A stretch of 51,679 nt of DNA from Elusimicrobiota bacterium (GTDB taxonomy: Bacteria; Elusimicrobiota; Elusimicrobia; Elusimicrobiales; UBA9959): the NCBI GenBank assembly GCA_027340875.1, contig DAIENX010000084.1, positions 1 through 51,679 on the forward strand, read 5' to 3'. The notes under the pieces are model-generated. The model saw only the letters and a program-made list of their open reading frames with translations, ran no database searches and was not told the origin of the DNA. Positions within the stretch are counted from its first letter, which is position 1. Each line of letters opens with the position of its first letter. Positions 39,693 to 48,284 of the stretch are shown one piece after another. The position numbers were made by a program, and so were the translations under genes.

Positions 39693-39783
39693 CGGAGAGG
39701 AAGGGATTCGAACCCTTGATACGCGTTTACACACGTATGCCGGTTTAGCAAACCGGTGCCTTCAACCACTCGGCCACCTCTCC
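39693..39783 (-). tRNA. tRNA-Ser (anticodon GCT), long variable arm, CCA not encoded
   Basis: GGAGAGGTGGCCGAGTGGTTGAAGGCACCGGTTTGCTAAACCGG...GGGTTCGAATCCCTTCCTCTCCG. Confidence 0.96.
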
Positions 39784-39849
39784 AGATCGGGGCTCAACGC
39801 CGCTGCCGGAACCCGGGACCAGCACGACTATTATATAAAAGCGAAAAGG

Positions 39850-40797
39850 CTAACTGAAAGTCTTTTTTATCCCCTCTTCCAGGGGCGTCCAGCGCGCAGT
39901 CCCGGCGGCCCTTTCCCACAGGGCCGGAGAAGCCGTCCAGTTCGGCGCTGCCGCTTCCCTGGCCTTGTCGCGGTTCATGACCGGCTCGGTCCCGGCCAGC
40001 GCCGTGACGGCCTCGTAGAGCCAGCCCACGGCGTATACCGCGGCCGGCGGCAGCGAGAGCATCAGCGGCATTTTGACCCCCATGCCGGCGGCCAGCATGG
40101 AGATGAATTCCCGCCACTCGTACGAGCGGGGCTCGCAGACGTAGAATGCGCCGCCGTCGAACCTGGGAGTGTCCAGCGCGGCCCGCATAGCGGCGACCAG
40201 GTCGTCGATGTAGACGAAGCTGAAGCGGCCGCCGGACGAGCCGGCGTTCACCATGACCCCTTTTCGCACCCATTCGGCTATCTTGGAGAAGCCCGAATCC
40301 TTCCTGCCGTAGATTATAGGCGGGCGCAGGATCACGTAGGCGCCTCCGGAGAAGGAGCGTACCGCCTTTTCACCCTCGAGCTTGCTCCTGCCGTAGAAGG
40401 AGACGGGGGCCTCCGGCTGTTCCTCAGTGCGCGGCGAGTCCGCCAGGGACGGGCCGCCGGCGGCGAGGCTGGAGACGTAGACCAGTTTCTTCAGCGACGG
40501 GACGGAGTTGGCCGCCGCCACCAGGTTGGCCGTCCCCGCGGCGTTGGCCCGCATGAAGTCGCGCTCCGAGCGGCAGAACAGCGCGGCGGCCAGGTGTACC
40601 GCGGCGTCGGCACCGTCGAGGGCCCGGCGGAGGCTTTCCCGATCGGAGAAGTCGGCCTCGGCGTACTGCGCCCCTTCCAGCGGCGCCGCGGGGCGGCGGC
40701 GCGTTATTATGCGTACGGCGCAGCCGGAGGCGAGCAGGGCCCTGCAGAGGGCGCCGCCCACGAAGCCGGTGCCGCCGGTGACGGCGATAGCCCTCAT
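39850..40797 (-). CDS. NAD-dependent epimerase/dehydratase (extended SDR)
   Basis: TGGTGFVG, HLAA, YVSSLAA, YGRSK, RPPIIYG. Confidence 0.93.
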   Translation of the reverse strand: MRAIAVTGGTGFVGGALCRALLASGCAVRIITRRRPAAPLEGAQYAEADFSDRESLRRALDGADAAVHLAAALFCRSERDFMRANAAGTANLVAAANSVPSLKKLVYVSSLAAGGPSLADSPRTEEQPEAPVSFYGRSKLEGEKAVRSFSGGAYVILRPPIIYGRKDSGFSKIAEWVRKGVMVNAGSSGGRFSFVYIDDLVAAMRAALDTPRFDGGAFYVCEPRSYEWREFISMLAAGMGVKMPLMLSLPPAAVYAVGWLYEAVTALAGTEPVMNRDKAREAAAPNWTASPALWERAAGTARWTPLEEGIKKTFS

Positions 40798-41225
40798 TTC
40801 TTCCCCTTCAGCTTTTCCACGGCCTTGGCGGCCTCGCGGTCCAGCTCCTTGATGCCGGCTGTGCCCTCGGGCACCTTTACGTCCAGGTGTATGCCCAGGC
40901 GGGCAAGGCCCTTCGCCACCGTCGCGCGGTCGGGGTAATCCTCGTTCTGCAGCTTATCCAGCACGCTTACCTTGTCGGCCTGCGGCATCGTGACGGCCAG
41001 GGCGCCGGCCATGAGTGCGAAGGAGGCCGCGTTGATGGTCAGTCCGGCGGCGCCGCTTATGAAGCGCACGAGAGCCGTGCTGGTGTTGATGAACAGCAGG
41101 AAGACGCTCCAGAGCAGCAGGGAGACGGCGAGGTAATAGACGCCCAGCGGACCCGTGTCAGGGTAGCAGGCGAAGAAAGCCAGGTGTATAAAAGCGACGC
41201 CGGTTATCTTCAGTATCATCTTCAT
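40794..41225 (-). CDS. hypothetical membrane protein (paralog B)
   Basis: Start placed at MKMILKITG (overlaps upstream stop); about 3 TM segments; similar to 41225-41599. Confidence 0.8.
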   Translation of the reverse strand: MKMILKITGVAFIHLAFFACYPDTGPLGVYYLAVSLLLWSVFLLFINTSTALVRFISGAAGLTINAASFALMAGALAVTMPQADKVSVLDKLQNEDYPDRATVAKGLARLGIHLDVKVPEGTAGIKELDREAAKAVEKLKGKK

Positions 41226-41599
41226 CAGGGGTTCTCCGTAGGGGGCGGCGGAGGCCGCAGGCTGGGAGCGTAGATGCCCAGCCTCAGCAGGCCCACATAA
41301 ACTGATTCGCCTTTTGGATATTCGCTGTATAGGAACTTGGTGTAGGGGCTGCGTCCGTCCTTCTGCGGCATCAGCGTGAGGGCGGAGAACAGGCAGGCGA
41401 GCAGGAAGAAGACGGCGAAGATGATCCTGTTGCCGCGATTCCAGCTGCTGACCGCGTTGGCGGTGAAGATGGCCAGCCCGGTCCACATCAGCGGGGAGAT
41501 GAAGAGGAACGTCATACCCATCCGGCCGCTCTCCGGGTAGCAGACGAAGGTCCCCAGGTGTATCAGGACGGCCGTGAAGATAAGGGCGCTCAGGGGCAT
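41225..41599 (-). CDS. hypothetical membrane protein (paralog A)
   Basis: About 3 TM segments; shares HxxxFxCYP, MPQxD, YP, GLxRLGI with the neighbouring gene. Confidence 0.8.
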   Translation of the reverse strand: MPLSALIFTAVLIHLGTFVCYPESGRMGMTFLFISPLMWTGLAIFTANAVSSWNRGNRIIFAVFFLLACLFSALTLMPQKDGRSPYTKFLYSEYPKGESVYVGLLRLGIYAPSLRPPPPPTENP

Positions 41600-41605
41600 G
41601 GCAGG

Positions 41606-42271
41606 TCAGTCCGCCGCCTTGAACTCGACGTGCACCGTAAGGCGGTCTTCCGTAAAGCCGTCGGGGAGAGGCGGGAAAGGGGAGGCGGCCTGCACCGAGC
41701 TCTCGGCGGCGCTGTCGAAAAGCCGGTTCCCGGAGGATCTCTCCACCACTATGCTCTTGGTCCCGTTCCTCATGATGGTGAAGCGTACCGTGCAGCGCAG
41801 GCTGCCCGCCGACGGCATGCGCTCGGTCCAGGCGTTCCAAAGGGCCTCACGGACCTGGGCGATGTACCAGGGATAAGGGAAATTGTCGGCGTCCGTCACC
41901 AGCGGCGTGCCTTCCTCCCCCTCTTCCCCGGCCGGCGCGGTCCGCTTTTTCTCCGCTTCGAAGAGCTTGGCTCCGCTAGAGAGGACGCTGGGCTTGGGCA
42001 GCGGGGAGGAGGCGAAGTCGTCCTCGTCCGGCTTCTCCGCGGCCTTCGGGCGCGGCTGGGCGGCCGCCGCGGCCGCAGGTTCCTTCGCGGCCTGCGCTTC
42101 GCGGCCCGGCTTGTCCGCGGCCTTGGCCATGGTCACCACCTTGTCCTGCCCGATGAAGTCGATGTAGTAGGCCTGCTCCTTCCTGTGCGGGAAGGCGTTG
42201 CGTGAAAGGAGGAAAAGGCCGGCCAGCAGCACGAAATGAGCCGAGGCCGAGTATATCAGGTAGGAACGCAT
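41606..42271 (-). CDS. TonB/TolA-like energy transducer
   Basis: TM with SASAH (SxxxH), Ala/Pro/Lys linker, C-term VRFTI...SSGNRLFDSAA...FPPLP. Confidence 0.9.
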   Translation of the reverse strand: MRSYLIYSASAHFVLLAGLFLLSRNAFPHRKEQAYYIDFIGQDKVVTMAKAADKPGREAQAAKEPAAAAAAQPRPKAAEKPDEDDFASSPLPKPSVLSSGAKLFEAEKKRTAPAGEEGEEGTPLVTDADNFPYPWYIAQVREALWNAWTERMPSAGSLRCTVRFTIMRNGTKSIVVERSSGNRLFDSAAESSVQAASPFPPLPDGFTEDRLTVHVEFKAAD

Positions 42272-42290
42272 GGAAGATACCTGGAGAGGG

Positions 42291-42698
42291 CTAGTCTTCC
42301 GCCTTCACGGCAATGCCTATCTTGCCGGCACCGAGCTTTTTGGCCGCGTCGAATACCGCGACCACCCGCTCCACCGGGACGGCCTTGTCCGCCTCGACCA
42401 GGACGGTCTTCTTGTAGGACTTGCCGAAGCGCAGCCGCAGCTCCTTCTCCAGGCCGCTGAACTTAACGCGCCGGCCGTCCACGGTCATGGCCCCGTCGGC
42501 GGCCAGCTGAACCTTGAGCACGTTCTCGTCGCCGCCCTTGGTGCCCGTGGAGGCCTTCGGCAGCGTCACCAGTATCTGGGACTGCACGAGGAACGGCGTG
42601 ATCACCATGAAGATGATCAGCAGGATCAGTGAAACGTCGATGAGCGGGATCATGTTGATCTCCGCTATTATGCCGCCTTTTTTATGATGGACCCGCAT
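42291..42698 (-). CDS. exbD: ExbD/TolR family protein
   Basis: EINMIPLIDVSLILLIIFMV, LPKA, ADKAV. Confidence 0.93.
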   Translation of the reverse strand: MRVHHKKGGIIAEINMIPLIDVSLILLIIFMVITPFLVQSQILVTLPKASTGTKGGDENVLKVQLAADGAMTVDGRRVKFSGLEKELRLRFGKSYKKTVLVEADKAVPVERVVAVFDAAKKLGAGKIGIAVKAED

Positions 42699-42706
42699 CT
42701 CTCGCC

Positions 42707-43336
42707 TCAGTTGACCCCGCTTAGCTCCCTGGCGCCGGAGCGGTCTATGACCTGCTCGGTTATCCAGTTCATCTCGCTGCCGAAGTCATTGGCCTTGTGT
42801 GAAAAATAGTTGTAGGCCACGATGGCGGGTATGGCCACGAAGAGGCCGGCTGCGGTGTTCACCAAGGCCTCGGCTATGCCCATCGCAACCACGGACGGGC
42901 CGGCGCCGGCGTACGTGGACAGGTCGCGGAAAGCCCGGATGACGCCTATCACGGTGCCGAAAAGGCCGATGAACGGGCTGATGCTGCCTATGGTGGCTAT
43001 AGCGGTCAGGCTGCGGCCGAGGCGGGAGACGTGCCACTCCACGGCCTTCTCCGCCAGTTCGCGCTTCTCGAGCGGGGTGCCGGCGTGGGTCATCACCTTG
43101 TGGACTATGTCCCCGGCGGGGTTCTTCGAGCGGGCGCAGAGCTCGTCTATCTGCTTGAGCTCGCCGGTGCGCAGCAGGGCGTTGATCTTGTGCAGCAGTT
43201 CCCTCATGCCGCTGAACGTGCGCTTGTACATGGTCCAGCGCTCCCAGATGAGCGCGGTGGAGTAGATGGACAGGGCCGCGAGCAGGAACAGTATGGGTCC
43301 GCCCGCCACGATAAGCTGTTTAAAGGTGATGTTCAT
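42707..43336 (-). CDS. exbB: MotA/TolQ/ExbB proton channel protein
   Basis: TIGSISPFIGLFGTVIG, GIAEALVNTAAGLFVAIPA. Confidence 0.95.
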   Translation of the reverse strand: MNITFKQLIVAGGPILFLLAALSIYSTALIWERWTMYKRTFSGMRELLHKINALLRTGELKQIDELCARSKNPAGDIVHKVMTHAGTPLEKRELAEKAVEWHVSRLGRSLTAIATIGSISPFIGLFGTVIGVIRAFRDLSTYAGAGPSVVAMGIAEALVNTAAGLFVAIPAIVAYNYFSHKANDFGSEMNWITEQVIDRSGARELSGVN

Positions 43337-43462
43337 TGGCTCTCCGGTGAGTTGTTTCTCTAAGTAGGATTATAGCAATTAGGGCGGCGCGGCAGGAGGC
43401 CGCGGCCGGCTCTCCCGGACCCGGCCGGGCGGGACAGGGCGCGGGGCGCGCGGATCGGGGGG

Positions 43463-44491
43463 CTAAGCCTTGCGGAAGACGTATTTTACGCGGGCTTCGA
43501 GGTTCTCGAAATAGCCGGAGAGGAGCTTGAGCTTGGCGGCTATTACGTCATAGAGCTCGGCCTGTTCGCGGGACTTTATGTCGTCCAGGGCTTCCAGCTC
43601 CTTAAGCTTGTTGAACGCTCCGGAGAGCTCGTCGCGGAGCTTGGAGAGCTCCTGGTCGCGCCATTTGAGGTCGGCGCGCATGCGGCCTATCTCCTCGCTG
43701 AATTTCCTGGAGCGCTCCTCATGGTCGCGGCGCTCCTCCAGCATGATGCTCTGGAATTCCTCGTTCTTTCCCACCAGCGAGGTTATGTTGTCGCCGAGGG
43801 TCCTGACCACCAGCTCCTTCTCCTCCAGCTGCGACCTGAGTTCGTGAAGCTCCTTCTCCAGCTCATGGGCCCGCTGGGCGGAGGAAGCCTGCTCCTTCTT
43901 CAGCGCGTTGTCGGCGTTGTCCGCGGTGGTCATCAGCCTCTCGTGGAGCTTGGCGTTATCGGCCGTCTTCTCGGCCAGGGCCTGCGTGGCCTCGGCGAGC
44001 TTCTCTTCGGAGCGCTTCTTAAGGGTCTTGTACAGGGCCTCCCACGAGGGATGCTCGCCCTTGATGTCCTGCGCGTTGGCTATGGAGCGCTTGAGCTTGT
44101 CGGAGAGGGCGGCTATCTCGGCGTTCTTGCGCCTCAGCTCCTCCTCGAAGCCGTGCTTCTCCTTGGCGTAGGAGCGCTTCAGCTCCTTTACGTCGTTCTC
44201 GAGCCTGGCGTTCTTGGAGATGGCCTTCTCCAGCAGCGAGCGGGAAGCGGTCTCCTCCGCCGCCTCCACAGTGATCGGGGGGCGGGGTTTGGCGATGGTC
44301 TGCAGCGGAGTCTCCAGGATCTCCTGGAAAGCAGGCTCCATGAAGGCCTCTCGCCACTGGCCGAGGGCCTTTTCAGGGCAGACCAGCGAGTTGCGGCCGA
44401 AGCCGGGCTGGGCGGCTATGTCCTTGGGGTAGAAGGGCCCCCGGATGGCTTTTTTGATGTACACGTAGTACTTGGAAATCGGTTGCGTCAT
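43463..44491 (-). CDS. GYF_2-like N-terminal domain plus long coiled-coil protein
   Basis: YYVY...RGPF...SLVCP...QWREA then about 250 aa of heptad-rich sequence. Confidence 0.75.
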   Translation of the reverse strand: MTQPISKYYVYIKKAIRGPFYPKDIAAQPGFGRNSLVCPEKALGQWREAFMEPAFQEILETPLQTIAKPRPPITVEAAEETASRSLLEKAISKNARLENDVKELKRSYAKEKHGFEEELRRKNAEIAALSDKLKRSIANAQDIKGEHPSWEALYKTLKKRSEEKLAEATQALAEKTADNAKLHERLMTTADNADNALKKEQASSAQRAHELEKELHELRSQLEEKELVVRTLGDNITSLVGKNEEFQSIMLEERRDHEERSRKFSEEIGRMRADLKWRDQELSKLRDELSGAFNKLKELEALDDIKSREQAELYDVIAAKLKLLSGYFENLEARVKYVFRKA

Positions 44492-44548
44492 ACTTAGATG
44501 CTACCAAAGGCGTGTTACAAAGAGATTACAAAAGTGAAAAGTATGGTA

Positions 44549-44753
44549 ATCCGCGGCCAGCCGGCCCGGAGTTCGCTCATAAGCGGGCGCGGCGGAATAG
44601 GGACCTTCGTCTTCCGCTGGCGAAGAACTCGTCGCGCACGCAGTGCGCTCCTCATACATTCTTCGCCACGGCCATAATGATAGGCCGTCCGCTTCAGACT
44701 TCGGTCCCTGCGCCCTAAAATCGCTCACTCCGGGGCGGCTTGCGGCTACGGAT
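44549..44753. repeat. about 205-nt intergenic multi-stem palindromic element
   Basis: Six nested inverted-repeat pairs with apical GCGCAC-GCA-GTGCGC hairpin. Confidence 0.75.
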
Positions 44754-44754
44754 A

Positions 44755-45819
44755 TCAGCGTTCCAGGTTTTTGCGGATGTTGGCGCGGGTGACCGGGCTG
44801 ATGACGCCCTTCTCGGTGATGATGGCCGTAATGAGTCCGGCCGGAGTCACGTCGAAGGCCGGGTGCCGCACGCGGACGTTCTTAGGCGCGATGCGCTTGC
44901 CCTTAACGAACGTCACCTCGTCGCAGGAGCGCTCCTCGATGACTATGGCGTCGCCGTCAGCGGCTTTCGTGTCGATGGTCGGGGTAGGGGCCGCCACGTA
45001 GAAGGGTATCTTGTGGTACTTAGCTATCACCCCGAGCGCGTAGGTGCCTATCTTGTTGGCTGTGTCGCCGTTGGAGGCGATGCGGTCCGCGCCCACGACG
45101 ATGGCGTTGACGCCGCAGGTCTTGATGATGTGCGCGGCCATGTTGTCGGTGATGAGCTCCGAGGGCACGCCCTCGCGCATCAGCTCCCAGATGGTCAGGC
45201 GGGCTCCCTGCAGGTAGGGCCTCGTCTCGCAGGAATAGGCGTGCTTTATCTTCCCCTTCTTGTGCGCGGCCGTGATGACGCCCACGGCGGTGCCTATCCC
45301 CATAGTGGCCAGCGCGCCGGCGTTGCAGTGGGTCATTATGACGCACTTCTTCGGCAGCAGGGCCGCGCCGTAGTTGCCCATGTCGCGGCAGGCCTTGTCA
45401 TCCTCGGCCGTGACCAGGCGGGCTTCCCTGTCCATCAGGGCCGTGAACTTCTTCCTCGCGGCGGGCGAAAGCCTGCCGGGGTGCGCGGCCGCGAAGGCTT
45501 TCGCCAGGTTCAGCATGCGATCGGCGGCGTAGAACAGCGCCACGGCCGTGGGGCGGGCCGCCTTGAGCAGGTCGGCGGTCCTGCGCGCCTGCTTCTCGAT
45601 CTCGGCCGAGGTGGCGGGCGCCAGGCGGCGCATCTCCAGCGCGAAGCCGAAGGCCGCCGCGCAGCCTATCAGCGGCGCCCCGCGCAGGGCCATGTCCTTC
45701 GTGGCCTTGGCCGCGCCGGCGGCGTCGCGCACGGTGATGAACTTTATCCTGTCGGGCAGCAGGCGCTGGTCCAGCACCTTCATGCTCCCCTTCCCGAATA
45801 TCAAGCGAGGCGGTATCAT
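44755..45819 (-). CDS. mtnA: S-methyl-5-thioribose-1-phosphate isomerase
   Basis: LDQRLLP, RGAPLIG, ARPTAV, THCNAGALAT, ETRPYLQGARLT, GADRIASNGDTANKIGT, FDVTP. Confidence 0.95.
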   Translation of the reverse strand: MIPPRLIFGKGSMKVLDQRLLPDRIKFITVRDAAGAAKATKDMALRGAPLIGCAAAFGFALEMRRLAPATSAEIEKQARRTADLLKAARPTAVALFYAADRMLNLAKAFAAAHPGRLSPAARKKFTALMDREARLVTAEDDKACRDMGNYGAALLPKKCVIMTHCNAGALATMGIGTAVGVITAAHKKGKIKHAYSCETRPYLQGARLTIWELMREGVPSELITDNMAAHIIKTCGVNAIVVGADRIASNGDTANKIGTYALGVIAKYHKIPFYVAAPTPTIDTKAADGDAIVIEERSCDEVTFVKGKRIAPKNVRVRHPAFDVTPAGLITAIITEKGVISPVTRANIRKNLER

Positions 45820-45881
45820 AGCGTTCCCCTTAAAAGTAAGGGCCCGCTTTGGGCGGGCCCGGCGTACAGCCCCGGCGGGGC

Positions 45882-46145
45882 TTACGGGATGGAGTCCAGG
45901 AGGTTCTTCAGCTCTTCCTCTGTCTTGCCGGTTATCTCCACCGTCTTCTCGCGGCCCTTGGCGCCGCGGATGATGTTGACCATCTTGGCGGGGACCTCGA
46001 AGAACTCGGAGAGGTAGTCCCTGAGAAGCACGTTGATCTTCAGGTCGGCCGCGGCGGCGCATACCTTTACGCGCAGCACGCTGCCTATGCGGGAAACCAC
46101 CTCGTTGTCCTCACAGTTCGGTATGACTCTGACTTTTACGATCAT
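45882..46145 (-). CDS. DUF167 / YggU family protein
   Basis: MIVKVRVIPN...LRVKV...IIRGAKGREKTVEI; downstream of yggS; AGGAGG SD. Confidence 0.88.
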   Translation of the reverse strand: MIVKVRVIPNCEDNEVVSRIGSVLRVKVCAAAADLKINVLLRDYLSEFFEVPAKMVNIIRGAKGREKTVEITGKTEEELKNLLDSIP

Positions 46146-46186
46146 GCTGCCTACCTCCTGTTCCTTAAAAACGTGCCGCCCGCCGC

Positions 46187-46894
46187 CTAGGCGAAGAGCG
46201 CGCTGCCTATGCGCGGCAGGTCCGAGCCGGCCTGCACGGCCAGCTCGTAGTCCCCGCTCATGCCCAGGGACAGGTAGTTCCCCTCGCCGGGGAAGTCCCT
46301 GTCGAAAAGTCTTTTGGCCTCGGCGAAGACGGCCTTCAGTTCCGTCTCGCCGGCGTCCGCGGGCGCTATGCCCATGTAGCCGCGGACATCGAGATTGCCG
46401 AGCCCGCGCACCTGCTCCAGCAGCGAGGCCGCCTGGTCCGGAGCTACGCCGGACTGGGTGGGCGAGGCGTTCAACTTGAGCTGTATCATCACCGGGAGCG
46501 TCTTGCCGAGCGCGGCGGCGTGCCTGTCGAGCTCCGCGGCTATCTTGAAGCTGTCCACGCAGTCTATCCAGTCGAAGAGCTCCACGGCGGCCCTGGCCTT
46601 GTTGGTCTGCAGGTGGCCGATGAAGTGCAGCTGCACCCTGGAGCGCAGCGGCGCCAGGCCGCCTTCGGCCCACTTGGCTTTGGCGTCCTGTACCTTGCTC
46701 TCTCCGGCTATCCTGATCGCTCCGGACTCTATGAGGGCTTTCACGTCCTCTACTGCGGCGTACTTGGTGACGGCGATGAAATCGTTTGCTGAAGACGGCC
46801 GGCCGGCCCGGGCGCGCGCGGAGGCTATGCGTCCGCTAATGTCCTGGAAGTTGGATAGAAGGGCGCCCTTGCGTGTGATTTCGGCGGTCGGCAT
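46187..46894 (-). CDS. yggS: YggS / PLP homeostasis protein
   Basis: IAVTKY, GESKVQ, HFIGHLQTNK, LSLGMSGDY, RIGSALF. Confidence 0.95.
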   Translation of the reverse strand: MPTAEITRKGALLSNFQDISGRIASARARAGRPSSANDFIAVTKYAAVEDVKALIESGAIRIAGESKVQDAKAKWAEGGLAPLRSRVQLHFIGHLQTNKARAAVELFDWIDCVDSFKIAAELDRHAAALGKTLPVMIQLKLNASPTQSGVAPDQAASLLEQVRGLGNLDVRGYMGIAPADAGETELKAVFAEAKRLFDRDFPGEGNYLSLGMSGDYELAVQAGSDLPRIGSALFA

Positions 46895-46977
46895 GGTCGG
46901 GATATCTATATTTTAGCAAAAAATGCCTGTTTTTCATAGGGAAAACGGCCGGGCGGCCTAAATGCTATGATTTTAAG

Positions 46978-48228
46978 ATGGCTTTACCGCCGGGTTTCTG
47001 GATATTGGCCTCGGCCCAGGGGCTGATGGCCGCCGGCTACGCTATCTCCTTCCCTTTCCTGGCCGTATACCTCAGCTCGCACCGCGGCATGCCGATGTCC
47101 TGGGTCGGTTTCTTCCTGGCCGGTTCCATGCTGCTCTCCTCGAGCGCGCAGTTCATCGGCGGGGAGGTCTCGGACGCTGTCGGCAGGAGAAAGGTTATGT
47201 CCTGGGCGCTCGGCCTGCGCGCCGTGCTGATAGCGGTCATTGCCTGGGCGGTATACGCCCGCCTCCCGCTCTGGGTCATCTTCTGCGTGCACCCTGTTTC
47301 GATGTTCATAGGAGCTTTCTTCGATCCGGCCGCACAGTCGTGGGTGGCTGACTATACGCCCTCTTCCGGGCGGATGAGGGCGTACGGCTTCCTGCGCATG
47401 GGCACCAACGCCGGCTGGGCGGTGGGGCCCGCCCTTGGCGGCTTCCTGGCGGCGGGTTCCTATTCCATGATGTTTTTCGCCACCGCTTTCGTTACCGCTG
47501 TCTGCGCGGCCATCGTCGCTTCTTCCGTGCGCGACTTCCCCGGGCAGGCGACGGGGCGGTTCGTGCCGCCGCGCTTCTCGGGCGCCGTTGCCGCGCTTTC
47601 CCACGGGGCTTTCCTGCGCTTCTGCGTTTTCAGCTTCGTGATGAGCGCGGTGGTCAGCCAGTTGGTCGTTACCACCTCTCTCTATTCCAAGACCTGCCTG
47701 GGGCTGGAAGAGCGGCAGATAGGTCTGCTGTTCTCCATCAACGGCCTGATGGTGGTCTTCTTCCAGTACTTCGCCACGCGCCTGCTGGAAAGGCGGCGCA
47801 TCACATCGGGGCTGGCGGCCGGCGCGCTCTGCTACGCGGCCGGCTACCTGTTCCTGGGCTACGCGCCCTCTTTTTTCTTCGCCGCTGCGGCAATGGTAGT
47901 GGTAACTTTCGGGGAGCTGGCTGTATCCCCGGGACTGCAGGCTCTCGGCGCCAATCTGGCCCCTCCCGGAGAGAAAGGCCGCTATCTCGGCGTGCAGGGC
48001 CTGTTCCAGCAGGTGGGCCGCTCTGCCGGGATATTCGTCGGTTCCAACGCCGTAGGGCTGCTAAGCCCGGTGTTCCGAGAGGGGCCGTGGTATATCATAG
48101 CGGGGCTGGCTGTGCTGGCCTGTCTGGGCTTCATGTCGCTGAGCGGCCGGTTGAATCGCGAGCAGGACGGTTTGAGGACGCTGCCGCTCCCCCCTTCCGC
48201 TCCTGCGGAGGCGGCCGAGCCGGCCTAG
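46978..48228 (+). CDS. MFS transporter
   Basis: About 12 TM segments, GGEVSDAVGRRKVM motif A, GWAVGPALGG. Confidence 0.93.
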   Translation: MALPPGFWILASAQGLMAAGYAISFPFLAVYLSSHRGMPMSWVGFFLAGSMLLSSSAQFIGGEVSDAVGRRKVMSWALGLRAVLIAVIAWAVYARLPLWVIFCVHPVSMFIGAFFDPAAQSWVADYTPSSGRMRAYGFLRMGTNAGWAVGPALGGFLAAGSYSMMFFATAFVTAVCAAIVASSVRDFPGQATGRFVPPRFSGAVAALSHGAFLRFCVFSFVMSAVVSQLVVTTSLYSKTCLGLEERQIGLLFSINGLMVVFFQYFATRLLERRRITSGLAAGALCYAAGYLFLGYAPSFFFAAAAMVVVTFGELAVSPGLQALGANLAPPGEKGRYLGVQGLFQQVGRSAGIFVGSNAVGLLSPVFREGPWYIIAGLAVLACLGFMSLSGRLNREQDGLRTLPLPPSAPAEAAEPA

Positions 48229-48242
48229 TTTCCCGGCGCATG

Positions 48243-48272
48243 AAAAAAGCCCCCGCATCCGGGGGCTTTTTT
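48243..48272. terminator. bidirectional intrinsic terminator
   Basis: AAAAAAGCCCCC...GGGGGCTTTTTT. Confidence 0.9.
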
Positions 48273-48284
48273 GGGGCAGCGCGG

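Noticed and set aside
39670..40938. ORFs overlapping tRNA-Ser (39670-40938, 39165-39734)
   Set aside because: They read through the tRNA and antisense or out of frame to real genes
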